A stretch of DNA of 64,000 nucleotides from NCBI GenBank assembly GCA_030704615.1, contig CM060733.1, forward strand, positions 11,966,001 through 12,030,000, read 5' to 3'. Every line of letters begins with the position of its first letter. Position 1 is the first letter of the stretch. This stretch comes from Takakia lepidozioides (taxonomy: Eukaryota > Plantae > Bryophyta). This document shows, one piece after another, positions 49,394 through 63,586 of the stretch. Below the pieces are notes generated by a model. It was not told the origin of the DNA. It saw only the letters and a program-made list of their open reading frames with translations, and made no database searches. Both the position numbers and the translations under genes were made by a program.

Positions 49394-52300
49394 AAATTGA
49401 AGGCTGCCCACAATGTTGCAGTAAGGAAATTGCGTTTGAATTGGCTCTTTGGCTGTGCTCCCATGATCTAAATAGCTGCAAGGGTCTACTGGTACGGCTA
49501 AACCGGCAGAGTCGTGGAAACCATACTTGCGCAACATTTTGTCGATGTAGCAGTACTGGTCCACCTGCATAGTTCTCTGCTCTCTGTTGCGGTTGATGTG
49601 CAGTCCGACATAATTTTTTGGGATAACCATTTGTGATGATGAATGCTTCCCCCATGTATGCCAGTATGTCCTCAGCGCCCTGGGCGGCGGCACTGCAAAT
49701 AATACCGTCATCAACAAAAACCATCAGAATCAATCTGGGATTCTTCCCACTTATGTAAACGCATGGATCGGCTGTAGTAGGTATTAGTGAATATGTCATT
49801 AGGAAACAGTTGAAACGCTCGTTCCATACCCTGCTAGATTGTTTCAATCCATACAGGGCCTTTTGCAGCTTGCAGACTTTTCCAAGCTCGCTCTGATCCT
49901 CAAAACCAATCAGTGGTGACAAGTAGATGTCCTCTTCTATGCTCCCATACAAGAATGTCGTCTTAACATCAAATTGCATCATTTCCATATCCTCTGCTGT
50001 AGCTGTGGATATGATCGCTCTTATGGAATCAAATTTCACCACTGGGCTGAAAGTTTCTGTGTAGTCAACACCCTCGCTGCCTTTGGCACAACTGGCTTTG
50101 AAACGATCCACCTGCCCTTGCAGTCCATACTTCAATTTAAACACCCATTTGTTTCTTATGAGCTTTCTTCTTGCCGGTAGGTCGCTCATCACCCATGTGT
50201 CGTTCTCGATCAATGAGTCATACTCCTCTTGCATGGCTCGTAGCCAGTCTTCTCTTTCTCATGGCTTCGTCTACGGTATCGGGTTTTACAGGCTCGTACT
50301 TGGCGGATTCATTTTGTAGCCCTTCTGCGACGTATACCCAATCACCATATCGAACTGGCGGTCTCCTCTCTCTTACGGAGCCTGCCACTTGCACAAGTTC
50401 AATCGGTTCTGGCATGAGCTCGCTTCTAGCTTCGTTTTCCTGTAGAACGTCTGTGGCTGTCACGGCCTCCATGCTTTCTTGCTGTGTCTGGTGTGCCATT
50501 CGTCGGGTGCCAAGGGCTCAATCATTGTGATATCTCTCCCACTGCGCCATGGCATCCTCTCTCTCTTCCTGCTGCTCACTGGCTAAATCCTGGCTTGGCA
50601 TAGGGAAATCGGGGTCTGTTGGGCTTGATAGTTGCTCTGGTGTTGTTAGCACGATGCTTACACCCGCTACCTCTGGCTCTCTCTGTACTGTGAGCAGAAT
50701 CGTGTTGCTCGCTTCTCTCTCTAGATGCTCTTGTTCAGATCTGATGACTTCTTGCAGCATTGTCTCATCATCAAAAGTCACGTCTCGGCTTTCTATGATC
50801 TTTCTGCTAGCATTCACCCAGATTCGGTATGCTTTACTCTGCTGACTGTATCACATGAGGATACCTCTGGTCGCCTTTGCATCGAGCTTCTTTCTCTCTT
50901 CGGTGGGTACATGCACATAGGCGTCGGCTCCAAATACTCTTATATGCGACTATAGCCTCTCCCCAAAACCGCAAATGGACATTGCTGGAATAAGTCATGC
51001 TCCTAGCTGCTTCCATTATCGTTCTATTTTCTCTCTCTGCTGACCCATTTTGTTTAGGGGTGTATAAGCATGTGAGCTCCTGAGCGATGTTCCTTTCCTC
51101 AAGAAATTTCTAAAACTCTCCCCCTCTATCTGACCTGATGACTTTCATGGTCTCTCCTGTCTCTCCCACCATCTTGCCGTTATAATACTTCTTTAGACAA
51201 TCTAGAGCCTCTGACTTCTTTACACAATAAACGACTCTAAAACAGCTGTGTTCGTCCTTAGCAGCTCTTTGTCGATCAACTTTCCAAGGAAACGGTAATC
51301 GATGGCTCTTACCATATGCCCTTCCCGTACAGAACATTGGCTTGTCCAGGCTAGTCAGCCTCAGTCCTTCAACCGTGTCATCTGCTGCCATCTTGCTGAT
51401 CATTGCATGGTTAATATGGCATAACCTCCGAAGCCATGTGTCGAGACTCTTGGTGCTTCCTCTCTCAGTCTCGGTTCCAAAAGTGTTCGCAACACAAGCG
51501 ATGCTCAATGGAGGTAACGTTTCAAATTAGTAGCTTATACATCGTTCCCTCCATGGTACTATTGTCTTGCCATCCTAGACAAGCTTGCAGCCATTCTTGG
51601 AATGGACGGTGTCAATATTGAGCAAAGACGCCTTCTAAACTGAAAACAAAATTTTGCAGCCCAGCTTCAGTACATGCATGACTCCCACTGGTCCCCATCG
51701 TACGTCCTTACTTTGATATCTCCTATCCCATGGACCAGAAGCTTTATCACTCCGATTCCCTGAACAGTTCTTCCTTCAGCAAGAATGTCTCGGTAGGTTG
51801 AGAACCAATGTCTTTTTCTCTGGCATATTGTACTGGTCGGTACATCCACTGTCGGCTATCCAAGTTTTGTCATCACTACAAACCTCGGTCACAATGGCCA
51901 TAAACTCCTTGTTGGAGCTTGTGTTTGGCTTGCTGCTCCAACTCCTACTCTTCTTGTTTGGCTTGTCTTTCGGGCACTCTCTCGCCCAATGTCCAGTCTT
52001 GCCACACTTCGAACACTCAGTGGTCTTTTTCTTTTCTTCAATCTCCTTGCGCTCCTGTCACTGCTCATAGGTAAGTGAAGGTTTCCGTTCGGCATTCTTC
52101 ATCCTCAGACTGGCAGGGTATGCCATTACAGGGGCAGCTTGCTGCTCTCTATCTTCTCTCTCCTGCATCCTCGACTCTTCCCTCATCAGCCTGATGGTTA
52201 GGTTGCTCAATGTTTTGGCATCGTTGGCTGTGTTGTCCCAGGCTGGGTGAAAATACTCGTATTGATCAGGGAGTTTGCCCAAAAGCTTGGTCATCATCTC

Positions 52301-52625
52301 GATTATACTTGTGTCACCTATCTTGATGAGCAGACTTCTCAGTAGCTCGATTCTCCCAAGATACGACGCTATACTATATGTTGGCTCCATCTTAGCCTGG
52401 ACAAACTTCACATGAAGATTATAAGCGCTCTCATTCGCTCTTTTGTCGTGGATAGTCTTTAGTTTGTCCCGGATTGCTTTTGAGCTAGTGCAGCCCACGC
52501 CGTTTTCTAGGACCTTTTCATCTTTGACACAGCAGACTGATGCCTAGACCATCTTTGCGAACCCAGTCCGGTATTGCCGCTGCATCGGTCGACTTCTCTA
52601 CAGTATCGTCTACGATTCCCATCAG
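49394..52625 (-). pseudogene. Copia gag-PR-INT-RT polyprotein, decayed
   Basis: CSKCGKTGHWAREC; WIADSG; IRSDRGGEF; YTPKQNGSAER; EYDSLIENDTW, FDVKTTFLYG, LYGLKQSSR, VFVDD. Confidence 0.92.
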
Positions 52626-54569
52626 GTCTTTACCAAAAAACAAAGTTCTCTCCAGTGAACTGCTTAATATTTGCACTCGCTAGATCTCGACTGTTGTCCA
52701 TGGTAACAACAAAGGACGTACTCTCTTAGCAAACTGCAGGTTACATATGCACGCATGTAACCAATAGCACCAAGAATACACTTAGGACACGGCTTGGCAC
52801 AAAGCGAACTTGGTCCTTTGTGTATTAATGGAAAAAACTGAAGCTACTGCCAGAAGCTTACTTACACAACTGGTCCCGCAGGTACATCTACACATAGCAA
52901 GATACAGTTTTACCTCTCTCTGCCTATCCGTTGCTCTAAGTATTGCTAGCACTCCTGAGAAAAATGATGAGCTGTCCTGATAGCCAAGAACTTCATGAAC
53001 TTCATGATACTCCTTGATACTCTGCACCGTACTAGGCTTACAAGTTACCGTGGTAACTGGATAACTCTTACAATCAGCCATCTTTTGAGTACATTACGAT
53101 AATGTTGATGTTGAGGGGAGCAATTCTAGTAAAAGGAAAGTATTGGTCAGCCACCACACCCTGTCCGAGGTGTTATGAGGTTGTCACTTGTTCATGGATG
53201 AAGCTTTTCTATCCATTTGGAGCTGTGATATGAAGTTTTCATCCCCACAGCAGGTAGGTAGGTAGGTAGTTAAAATCTAGTAGGTCGTAGAATACCACAT
53301 AGAGCACCCCTCTTCAAATCCAGTAGAAACACGCCACGTCAGCGAGTCTGCTCTAAAACCCGGTTATGCTAGCCTAGGCGTACATGTGTCTGGACCTTGT
53401 CGAGCCATTTCCCTCCTCTCCAAGCCTCCCGCAGCCCCACTGATTTGCTCTTGCTCTTCCGACAGTGTCGGGTTGCCTGACCTTCCCAAACTGGCCAAAT
53501 GAGTTGGGGGTACATAGAACAGAGAGCTGGACACAGAGTAGGGGCCAAAGCCCCTCTCTCTCTCTCTCCTCATTTCACGAAAAGAAAACAAGCCTAAAGG
53601 GGATGGGCTCTCTTGCTTTGGCAAACATAAGAGAAGGTGAGAGTAAACTCAGCACAACACAGCGATCTGAGCATCTGAGCCTTGACAGGGTGTAAGGTGC
53701 TTTGACCACATTTTCTCCGTTGACTTGAACATGTTGCAAAGTCTCTCTCTAAAAGAGAGCCAACAAATGCATGGTACATGCAAGCCTTGCCCTACATCAT
53801 CTCAGAATAAGGTTCTTGTTCCAAATAATGGTGTCCGTCTGCCAGAATGCAAAGGATGCATCTATGCAAAGGATGCAAAGATTATAGGTTATTGCTACCA
53901 CATGCCACTCATTCTATAAATGCCCAAGTGTTGATGTCATAACCACTCTGACCCACTAATATTGTATATACTTATTTTCTAAACTTGACACGATTGGCCT
54001 ATTGGCTTATGGATGATGGGGGGCGCGCGGGCTCAAGGTTCCTTATTCATACAAATAGCATCAAACTCTAACAAGCAAATATATTTCATCCAGAAGCTAC
54101 AATGTTATTCATCCAACATCAAAAATCAATGTATTCCACCTAGAAACAATCATCCAGCAACAGTTGGTCCCGTGAAAAGCTGGTTGGTGATAAGCGGGGA
54201 GAGCGGAGTCTCTCCCTGAGAGGGCAGGACTGCAGAGGCGCTCCAAGCATCACCACGTTCCCACAAACCTGCAATCGCCAGGTGGGACCGCATGCCAACG
54301 TGGCTTCTCCAGCAACATATATGTTATTAATCTGATTGTGCTCAAAACTTTATTTTCGCTTCCCAAGAAAGCATGTCATTTCATTTGGGTTGAGTTAACT
54401 GATGTAACCACACTGGTGGACTTGGGAGGAGAGTTGGCAGAAGCAGATTGATCCTGTTGTATACCTCCCTCAAGTAACACTTCCTCCTTGTGTCAAACAT
54501 ATAAAAGTAAAGACCCAAAGAAGCGTAAAAATATGGTGTCTTTTGACCTGGAAGGGCTAGGGACATCTT

Positions 54570-54635
54570 TGGTGATTGAACCCACAACCCACTTCCATGG
54601 TGGTATGTGCCCATTACCACTGGGTTACAACTTGG
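54570..54635 (-). mobile_element. Possible tRNA-derived SINE head
   Basis: Minus strand GTTGTAACCCAGTGGTA...GGGTTGTGGGTTCAATC resembles A and B boxes; no cloverleaf verified. Confidence 0.3.
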
Positions 54636-57600
54636 TTGTCCAGAGATGATGAAGAACTTATAACGAAAAGATGACAAATGCAATTTTTTAAATTAAATAA
54701 ATGATTAATTTTGTGAGTTATATGATCACCAGTATGGAGGAAAGTAGATCTCACTATTCACTAAGGAGGAGCCATTATGCGACCATCCGTTTCTCCCTCC
54801 GGGGAAATGTGAACTTAGGATGGAAACATGATAGATGAAATTTTTTAAACCAAAAATTATTAATTTTATATGATGACTAAGGATGAAAGTAGATCTCTCT
54901 ATTCACAACGGAGGAGCCATTATGTGACTAGCCACTTCTCCATTGAAGCTCCATTGGGGCAATGTTCATCAAGGAATTATACAAATGACCGGAGGGTGGT
55001 CCATCCATACTCTAACCATGGCTCCCATGTTGGTTCTTTTCTTTTCTTTTCTCTTTTTTTTTTTTCTGGAAGAAGTTGCATAAAACTTTGAAGCTCACAA
55101 AAATGTTATATTTTTCAGTCCCTAGTCCCTACTCGGATGAACTGCCTTGAAATATTAGCTAATAATAGAGAATGTTCAATGATTTCTTCCAGTATTGACC
55201 AAAAAGGTAAACACCAGGTCATGATTTTGCAGTCCAGGGCTTTTCTAGCTTTTCACGGAGCACTCATCATATGCATTTGCCTGGTCGTGCCAGCAAAGAA
55301 AGCATGCAAGTCAGATCCATCATCCCCCCCATGCACTGTTCAACTTTGCACTCCAACTCAACTTACCCCAACCAACGCAAGTACAACAGCTTTGAATGCT
55401 TTAACTTCATCACATGGTCTTCTCTGCATGGCGCCTTTCAGATGTTCACACTTCACACATTCAAAAAACTTATCGTTGAGAGAGATGCCTATATATAACT
55501 GACCATTAGTGAATGGACACTCAAGTACAATAGAAAGAATTGTGAAGCCCTCTATCCAGAGTCGAAGGAGAGCTCTGCTTGCCGGCGATGTTTGTCGCTT
55601 TGCAGAGGTACTATGTGGGCTGCACATTCTTCTAGGAACCCAAATCCTCCAATCTTGACACGAGGAGACGCCCCAATTAGTAGTACAAATCAGCCCAGTT
55701 TAGATAATCCCGGAAATAGTTTTCTAGCCCAACAAAGATGCAAGGACTACAAGATTAGTACAGTGTCTGTTTATGAAGTTCGAGTATGAGCATCTGCATG
55801 ATACTGCAGATAGTCTGACCGGCGTAATTGAGTAGAATGACTGTCAACTATTGAAATTGGTTATATTTGCAAAAACACCTGTATCATCATAGTAAGATTT
55901 GTCTTATTGATCAAACATTTGAAGTGGGTGCTATTCAGTACCTGCAGACGGGAGGGAGGTAAGTGCTAGTAGTATTTGAACAAGTAAACTAGTATCAAAA
56001 TCCAGCTGACTAATTTCACCCAACCCGACTTGAAGGTATAGAGTATAGAGAGGGATTTAGTGTATAACATATCAGATCACCACTCCCTGGGTTTACAGAT
56101 CCAGGATCCACCAGGATTAGTAATGGTGAGAAACCGGCTATCAAATTGCTTCCAGAAACTGCTTAGATTTATTAGATTGACTCCACAAACAAGGGCTGCA
56201 CGAAGTAAATGCCCTTCTGATGCCCTAATTGTCTATCAAAGCTTCCCTTCTATTGTCAGGTGCAGACTGAATGATTAAAGGAACCCAACGGCGAAATTAA
56301 CGCTAATCGGCGCCTTCTATAAAGGGCACCTTAAATGTGTTCCCATAATCTCATGAAGACGAAATTAGGGCCACAAATTTGGCGGCTGCAAAATCACACA
56401 GCATGAAATAAGCACCAAATTCAAACCCAGTGGGCCCGGGCACTGACTTTAATCACTCGGCAGTGTTGAGGAGAGGGAGGCATCGGCTTCTAGTATACAC
56501 ACAAGTAGGGGTATTTAGAGAGCAGTTTTAGTTCTCTAACTGCAGTTATGAGCGTAGTAAAAAACACGCGGAGTTGGTGATCGTGCGGCGGTGTACACGG
56601 TCTTTTGGCGGCGATCTCCCTTTTGGGACTTTGTGCTCCTCTTCCCGCTAATCTTTAATACTTGGGTCTCCGTGTTGCAGTCCAGATCAACGAGCCCTGT
56701 TGTTCCTTGGAGATGGAAATTCCGTTTTGTGGAATGCGCCCTGCTGTCACTGTGGGCTGTGTGATGAGAACTTTTACAGCGGGCTGCGTTCTATACTAGG
56801 ATGGATCCCGGCCAGGTCAAAATCCAAAAAGAGGGATATCACCTTCAGTCAAAATGTCAAAAACGTCACCACAGACCTCTCTCTCTCTCTCTCTCTAAGA
56901 TTTTGCAGTTTCTGGGATTCACCGAGATCCACTCGAAACACTTGGGTAAAGTCTATCTACCTGGACTGACAGTAACTTCCGTAGAGATCCTTGCTGGCGC
57001 ACTTTTCTACCAAAGGTAGTACAGTCGACCCTCCTTTATTGTTACGCCTTGGGAGTAAGAAGAAAAATAACAATAACAGAGTGATAACATATTACCAATT
57101 AAAGAGGGCGACCAAGACTCTTCTTAACATTTATCCATGTAATAGTAAACCAGGGATGATTTCAAAAAATATGACATTTACAGAGTTACATGTCAAATCG
57201 ACTGAAAATTCTGTCAATAGTGTCATGTCGACAATTTGCAACCTACAACGTAGGTAACTTAGCTATTTTTCTACAGATCTAACCCTATTAGAAAGTCTCT
57301 CAACCAACACCCAGGGTTGTTGTTCTAGAAACATATTAATCACTTTGAATGCCTCCTGAACATTGGAAAATGTCACTTGTGCCACTGGATCTAAAATAGG
57401 TTCGTCTTCATCATCTTCAGTTCCATCGTTTGCACATGGATCAACGAGTTCCTAGGCTTTCCGTAGGTGCATATGGAGTGTTCCAATCTTGTTCTTCCTC
57501 GTAATGAACAAATTCGTGAACCCCCATAGTCGGAAACGTAACTACATTCCCTGTATTAATTCAGAAATTTAATCGTCGCATGTCAGTGGTTCCACATTTT

Positions 57601-58272
57601 TTATTTCTTAATGAAATGTCAATGAAAATATTTATGTTTCAACCTACTTTAGGCTGTACTTTCCTAACAAAGAGGTGAACATAACGTATATGAAGGGTCA
57701 CTTTTACAAAGGAGGGAGTACCATTTTTGTAACGTTTAACATATAATATCCCTACTGCAGCATAGTGTAAAATTTTAGGGAGTAAAAAAAAGATAACAAT
57801 TACACCCCTTATAACACATAAAGAGGGCACATTTAGCCAGGGTCGTCTGGACATAAATTTCCAGATACGCAGGGCCTACAGGCTAGTATCCTGTAGAGTG
57901 AGGGCCCTGGACCTAGGTATAAACTTGTTTCTATCTCGCTTCAATGAACTCTGATCCCTTTCAGTTTGATGGTAACAGAAATTTTTACTTGAAAGTAAAT
58001 AACTATGGATAGCACAAAATAAGGACGGAGTTTATATAGTGCCCGTCCATCTCTCTCTTCTAAGTTTAGTGGAAGACAACAGAGTAATGGTTTGCAATCA
58101 CTAGGCACGGAAAGCACTCTTACCTATTTAATACTAGACGGTTTCCGAAGTCCTACCTTCAATCCTGTAAGTTCCGACAGCCAAGCCTGAGAACCCGTGG
58201 TATGAACAAAAGCGCAATCACACAAAACACTTGAAATTTGTCGCCCACAGACATCTTGCTTAGCCTAATGCA

Positions 58273-59222
58273 TTAAGGACTTGGTATAGCACGTTTCATC
58301 GATGTCTTCCCGTGCCACTTTGTCTCTGTGACTCTGCGGCTTGTGACCAAGCAAATGTAGTATGCAACACCGGCCACAAGTGTGAGGGACGTAAAGGCAG
58401 CAGCCCCTCCGAACAAACTCCGATGTATGGTTTCGCATGTGAAGTACTTATCCATCATAGGTGCTACGCCGATGTATCTAATTGACTGGCCGATGGTGTT
58501 TTTGTTGGCCCCCGCATAGAAGAATATCTCCGCAAACAGGAAACAAATCCTGTCCGGCCCAGTGCAATATAAATACAACCCACACATTATCAGTTTTCCA
58601 GTACTACAAAAATCGAACCATAACCTTCAGAATTAACCCCCGCCAGAATTTGGGGCGGGGGTTAATTGGGTGGTTCTCTTAAAATCGAAGCTTGTTTGCA
58701 GGATTACTCACCATTGCAGGCAGAAGGATACGAAGGCGCATGTCCGAGCTTTTCCGGGTTCGTGCTCCCCGTCAATACACAAACAACGCGTGGCGATGGT
58801 GAGGACTATTTGACTGACAATAAGCAAGACGAAGCCTGCAACTGCATACGGAAAAGTGGGATCTGTCTTATATCTGCAATAGTAGAACCCTCCGTTCGTC
58901 GCATTGCCCACGAGTGTTACAACACCCTGTCCAATACAAACAACCTATGAGAAACTGTTATGGGTTCCATGATCCGTGATGGCTATACAGCTTCATCTCC
59001 TAGTGGTGGTGCAAACGCTTGCATGGAGAAGTCACTTATTTGAGGAAAACTTGGAAAGCAAAACTTGAATGATTCTGTATAATTTTTCATACATTCCACA
59101 ATGTGGCTGTAAGGATGAATTTGGACCTTGTTGTGATTCTCGCCTGCGCAGAGGCTGATCGTGAATGCAACCAGATTGCAGATGACAAGGGTTGAAATAA
59201 CAAGCCACTTATCTCTTTCCAT
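58273..59222 (-). CDS. DUF1218-family membrane protein, 3 exons (59222-59127, 58926-58712, 58549-58273)
   Basis: GT-AG introns splice in frame; VAFTISLCAGE, YCRYKTDP, RCLC, QWICFLFAEIFFYAGA, LFGGAAAF...YY match the plant DUF1218 pattern. Confidence 0.85.
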
Positions 59223-60077
59223 GGTCTTAATATTTAGGGGAGAGTAATCTAGTATCGGGCCTGCACCTTAGTACAAATTCGGTTCAATCTTCTGGAAATG
59301 AATCTCACAAGTTCTCATTGTTTTCATAATACTCAGTTTTACAGGCCCCCAAATTTGGTTCCAGAGTAACTTTGCAAACAAAGAATTGCTATATTGAATT
59401 CCTCTAGATGACAGGTCATCAAGGATTGAACCGAGAGGCTAGAGATGCCAAGTGTAAACTCGTGGTCAGTTCTTTCACGCGTACATTAATTCTTGGATGT
59501 GAATCACAAACGATGAAGCAATGAGGTATATCGAGATTATTGCCAGCAACATATAGAAAGAGAGAAAGAAATTGATAGACAAGGACACACACACCAGCAC
59601 CCATATCCCAAACCATACGCGAGTGATGGTCTCTACTAAAACTTGAAGAGTGGCATCCATTCATGATTAACGAAGACAAAATACCCAGATACCTAGCACA
59701 ACTTCAACTACCGAACCAAAAAAGCAAAACAATTCTTCGTGTGAAAAGTGTTTGCAAGTGACCATCTGGCGTGTAGGTGCAAACACGCCAAAGTCACATC
59801 GCCCCACTACAGAGGAACAAGTAACTTCACCTTGGGAGGGGTTAGCTCTTCCTCTGTGTGTACTGGATAATTAACATCAAGTTTGCTCTGAGTTACCAGA
59901 TCACTTGGCCTCTGGTGCCCCCTCTCTCCCTCCACAGGATTATATATTTTGTAGACAGGTCTAATGGAGAGAGCTCAAAAGTACATGTCAAAGATTTCAG
60001 AGAGAAAATCTCCAATGAATGACGAGTGAAGGAGAGAGAGAGCAGTTGCTATATCACAACGAGACACACATACTTAC

Positions 60078-60080
<3 letters not shown>

Positions 60081-60108
<28 letters not shown>
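60081..60108. repeat. (GACA)n microsatellite
   Basis: Seven direct GACA copies. Confidence 0.9.
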
Positions 60109-60110
<2 letters not shown>

Positions 60111-61220
60111 GAAACTGATTTGAACAGGCAGCATAAGGTGGGTACTAGGTACTGGGTTCCAGGCTCTCACTAACTACCATCCCAGCTATCTACTGAATGG
60201 ATGAATATGAATCTGTTGAGAAACGCTAGAGGATGAATTTATGGCCCCGCATATTTAGTACATTCGTCCACATCTTCTTTATTCTATTTTCGATTTTTTA
60301 TTTTCTTACATGCAACAGGACACCATTTACTCAAATTAAGAAACGAGATTTATTACTAATATATCAGATATTATTGAGGGCAGACAGTGAATAATGCAAA
60401 GCCCACTACGCACTCTGCCACGTGGATCCTCTATATATACACGCCCATGTGCCTGGCCGGCTCGCGATCACAGGCACACGTGCATGGATGAATGATCGTC
60501 TCAACGGGAGCTGTCTCAGTGGATGAATGAAGTTGTCGTCAATGAGACGATGTTTCGCCACAATCTGGCGATTCCCATCAATAATCTATTCACTCACAAT
60601 ACATAGGCTAGAGTATACTAGACTAGCCTAGACTAGATTAGTCTAGTCTACCGTCTAGTCTGCTAATAGAGCCTTAAAATCCGAGTAATCATTTTTATTA
60701 TATGATTTGTTTTTTAAATGTTTTTTGGTGGAAGTGGGCGGAGCCTCAGAACTTTATTTGAATGATGATTTTCGGCTAGTAGATAACTAGTATTTTAAGT
60801 TCTTTTTTACAAAAAAGTAAATATATTGCATTCTTTTTCCTCTTGTATTTTGGAAAGGGCCGTTGCACTCCACAACTTACAATGGTCCCCGTTGTTAATA
60901 TTGTTTTAAAGTTCCAGGTGAAAAAAGTAAATAAAAGCGTTTCATTCATTCATAGCTCGTTCGTCCCGCTCTTAATCAGAACCATAATTGCTTAGTATCT
61001 ATTTGATTCTTGTTTGGAATTTTGTAAATAACAGACTAAAAGAGTACCCGGTGTGTTATGTTGCATGAGAATTTCATTTATTGAACAGTAAATTGTTTTC
61101 ATGTTACTTGATTGGAATCGTGATAACTGTTTTTATTTTAATTATTTATTCCGTGGAATCTAATCTACCGTACTTACTACTAGCGTCCTTTCTTCGAAAA
61201 TATAAACAAAATTAAATTCC

Positions 61221-61420
61221 GAGGAAAATTGGACCCGCCGAGTCATAATTTCAAGTTCAGAGGAAAATTGGACCCGCCGAGTCATAATTTCAGTTCAGAG
61301 GAAAATTGGACCCGCCGAGTCATAATTTCAAGTTCAGAGGAAAATTGGACCCGCCGAGTCATAATTTCAAGTTCAGAGGAAAATTGGACCGCCGAGTCAT
61401 AATTTCAGTTCAGAGGAAAA
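61221..61420. repeat. 38-39-bp tandem repeat, 5 copies plus a partial
   Basis: GAGGAAAATTGGACCCGCCGAGTCATAATTTCAAGTTCA. Confidence 0.95.
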
Positions 61421-62982
61421 AAACATAGAAAAAAAGAAAATTTAATTGGGAGCTCATAAAGAGCCATGCAAGAACTGGAACTGCAGCGGTGGGGGGCCGT
61501 TAGGCCATCATTTACTGACCCACCAAACGGTAGAAACGTCGCAGTAACTTGGCGTGCGTACCGCGTGAAATATTACCGGCCGAGTTTTTATGCGCCCGTT
61601 ACGCCTGTCGGGCAGCCTGCTCCGTGGAACCGCCACTACGCCGGGTCACCGCCCGTAACCCCTCGCGCTACTCACTAATCACAATGCTAATCTAGAGTAA
61701 GACTCTGATTAGCGCGATCAGCAGGCGCGAGCGGCTAACACGTGCGTGTCACATTCTTGCCGGGAGTTGTTTAGTGTGGTGGTGGGGTGACGGATGCGTG
61801 GGATGGCTTACACGCGCTTGCTGCTTAATGTTCTCTTGCCAGTCTTGTTTTGTTCTCTCTCATTCTCCTCACTAAATTGCCGTCACATTCCGTATTCTTT
61901 CACACGTGCTCCAGCACTTCATTCTTCTGTCTCTTACGTACCTGTCTCGGCTGAGCGGCGCCCAGAGAATATTGCTTTCGACTCTCAGATGTTGTAGTCC
62001 TGCTTGTGTTTGTTGTTGGTCCGTCTCTCTCTTCACGTAGCAATCGGCTGTCTTGCTTTCCCTGGCATTACTCTGGCTTGCCATTTACTCTCGGTGCGTG
62101 TCTAGTGTCTACTTCTTTCCTTCATATTTTCACTGGATATGCGCCGAGTGCAATTTCGAGGCGTTTCTTCATGTCTCTTGCTTTGATATCCTCTGTCGCA
62201 TTTCTTGTATCGCGAACTCAATGTAGCTTACAGGAAGCGTTTAATTTGACTTACCAGCAAGAACGAAGCAATCGTATTGAAATCTGGCATTCTTGTGACT
62301 AGAAGAGTGTGGCTCTATTGTTGACACTGATTAAGATATCCTTCGTCTCTCGACTCCCAGCAAGGTGTGTTGTCGGGCTTAGACCAGAACTTCTAATCGT
62401 GTGTAAGAGTTTGAAGCTGTCGCCTTCACCTTTTTCGCACTAGTTGTCTTTATTAGAGTTTTGTGCTCTTTTTGGTCGCTCATTCCAACCAGACGGTTTG
62501 AGGTTGTCTCGTCTAGAAGAGTATTTGGCTTTCCTGTTGAAACGTCTTTGAAGTGAGCTCTCTTTTCTGGAAGGCCTGCGTAAGTCCCAACTAGGCCTCT
62601 TTCCTCAATGCAACGAAATTGAGTACTTTCACCTGCAAGTAGAGGAAGTAGCGGTTTCCGAATACACACGGACCTCTTGAGCTCAAGTTTAAGCTGGCTG
62701 TGAGAAGCCGAACTCCAGTCCAATGTCCAGGCCCGTCGTGGATGCTTAGAGGAACCGGATTTTCAGGGAAGCAGCGTTTTGTGCATTCCTCGCAATACGG
62801 GCGATTTTTATCTCCCAGCGCACAAACACATTGTTAGAAGCTGTACATCCCGTCTGGATTGTGTAGTCTTTCATCTGGCATGTCCGTGGCGCTTGTAGTA
62901 AGCTGAAATAAGTTTTCACGAATTGCGGAGGCGGATGGAGAGCGTGTCTTGGGCTTAGTTCGCTAAGGCAATTGTCCGTACA

Positions 62983-63586
62983 ATGCCTCGCCATTGGCAC
63001 TCATGGACGAGGTCGATGTCCTGCAAATCGGATATCGAGCAAGTGGCTGAACCGAAGCCTCTCTCCTGCTCCGGACCTACAGCTCAGTCAGATGGCAAGA
63101 TCAAACGAAGGTCATCGCACAGGTCCGGAGGATGCTCTAAATCTATAGCCAACCTAAGAGATGTGATTCATGGAAACACTCGTGTAGTTAGCAAACAAAC
63201 CTCTTCTTGCAACAGCCCGGAGAAAGGGGACTCTCAAAGGCAATCCACCGAGTACCTTACCAAAGTTCCCCTTAAACTCACAGAAGCAAAGAACGGGGTC
63301 AAAGGAGGCGATGGTAGCAGACCAGGAGTTTCTGAAAGAAGCGGGGCATCGACAGGAGCTTCAAATGCAACAAGTTTGCCATTCTACAAGGGGACACCGT
63401 TGAGAAAGTTCTCAGGATGTTATGATTGTAACATGGCCTACGAGACGCTTGATTCGATGCTCATCTCTAGAGAAGCATCGGTTCCTCACAGTGGCTCTGT
63501 TTCTCCTAAGTTCGTGTGCCAGAAATGCGGGGAGTCATTCCAGAAGTCTGACGCTCTCGTGCATCACCAAATTTCACGGCACGCAG
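62983..63586 (+). CDS. Exon 1 of a plant C2H2 zinc-finger protein (At1g75710/At5g54630-like family); continues past the window
   Basis: SMSCKS, GCSKSIANLRDVIHG, LRKFSGCYDC, CQKCGESFQKSDALVHHQISRHA followed by a GT donor at 63587. Confidence 0.85.

Larger units (their letters stand above)
36711..53072 (-). mobile_element. Ty1/copia retrotransposon split by a ~12-kb nested insertion
   Basis: 5' LTR 52725-53072, 3' LTR 36711-37059, TSD ATCAG (36706-36710, 53073-53077); PPT GAGTGGGAG; RNase H end KHVDVKFH...QVADILTKAL at 37080-37260. Confidence 0.93.

Noticed and set aside
53100-57000. Short ORFs in the TE-to-gene transition zone
   Set aside because: No recognisable domains or consistent splice structure
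57290-57510. pogo-like transposase C-terminal remnant on the minus strand
   Set aside because: Only an acidic stretch with weak resemblance; no catalytic motifs
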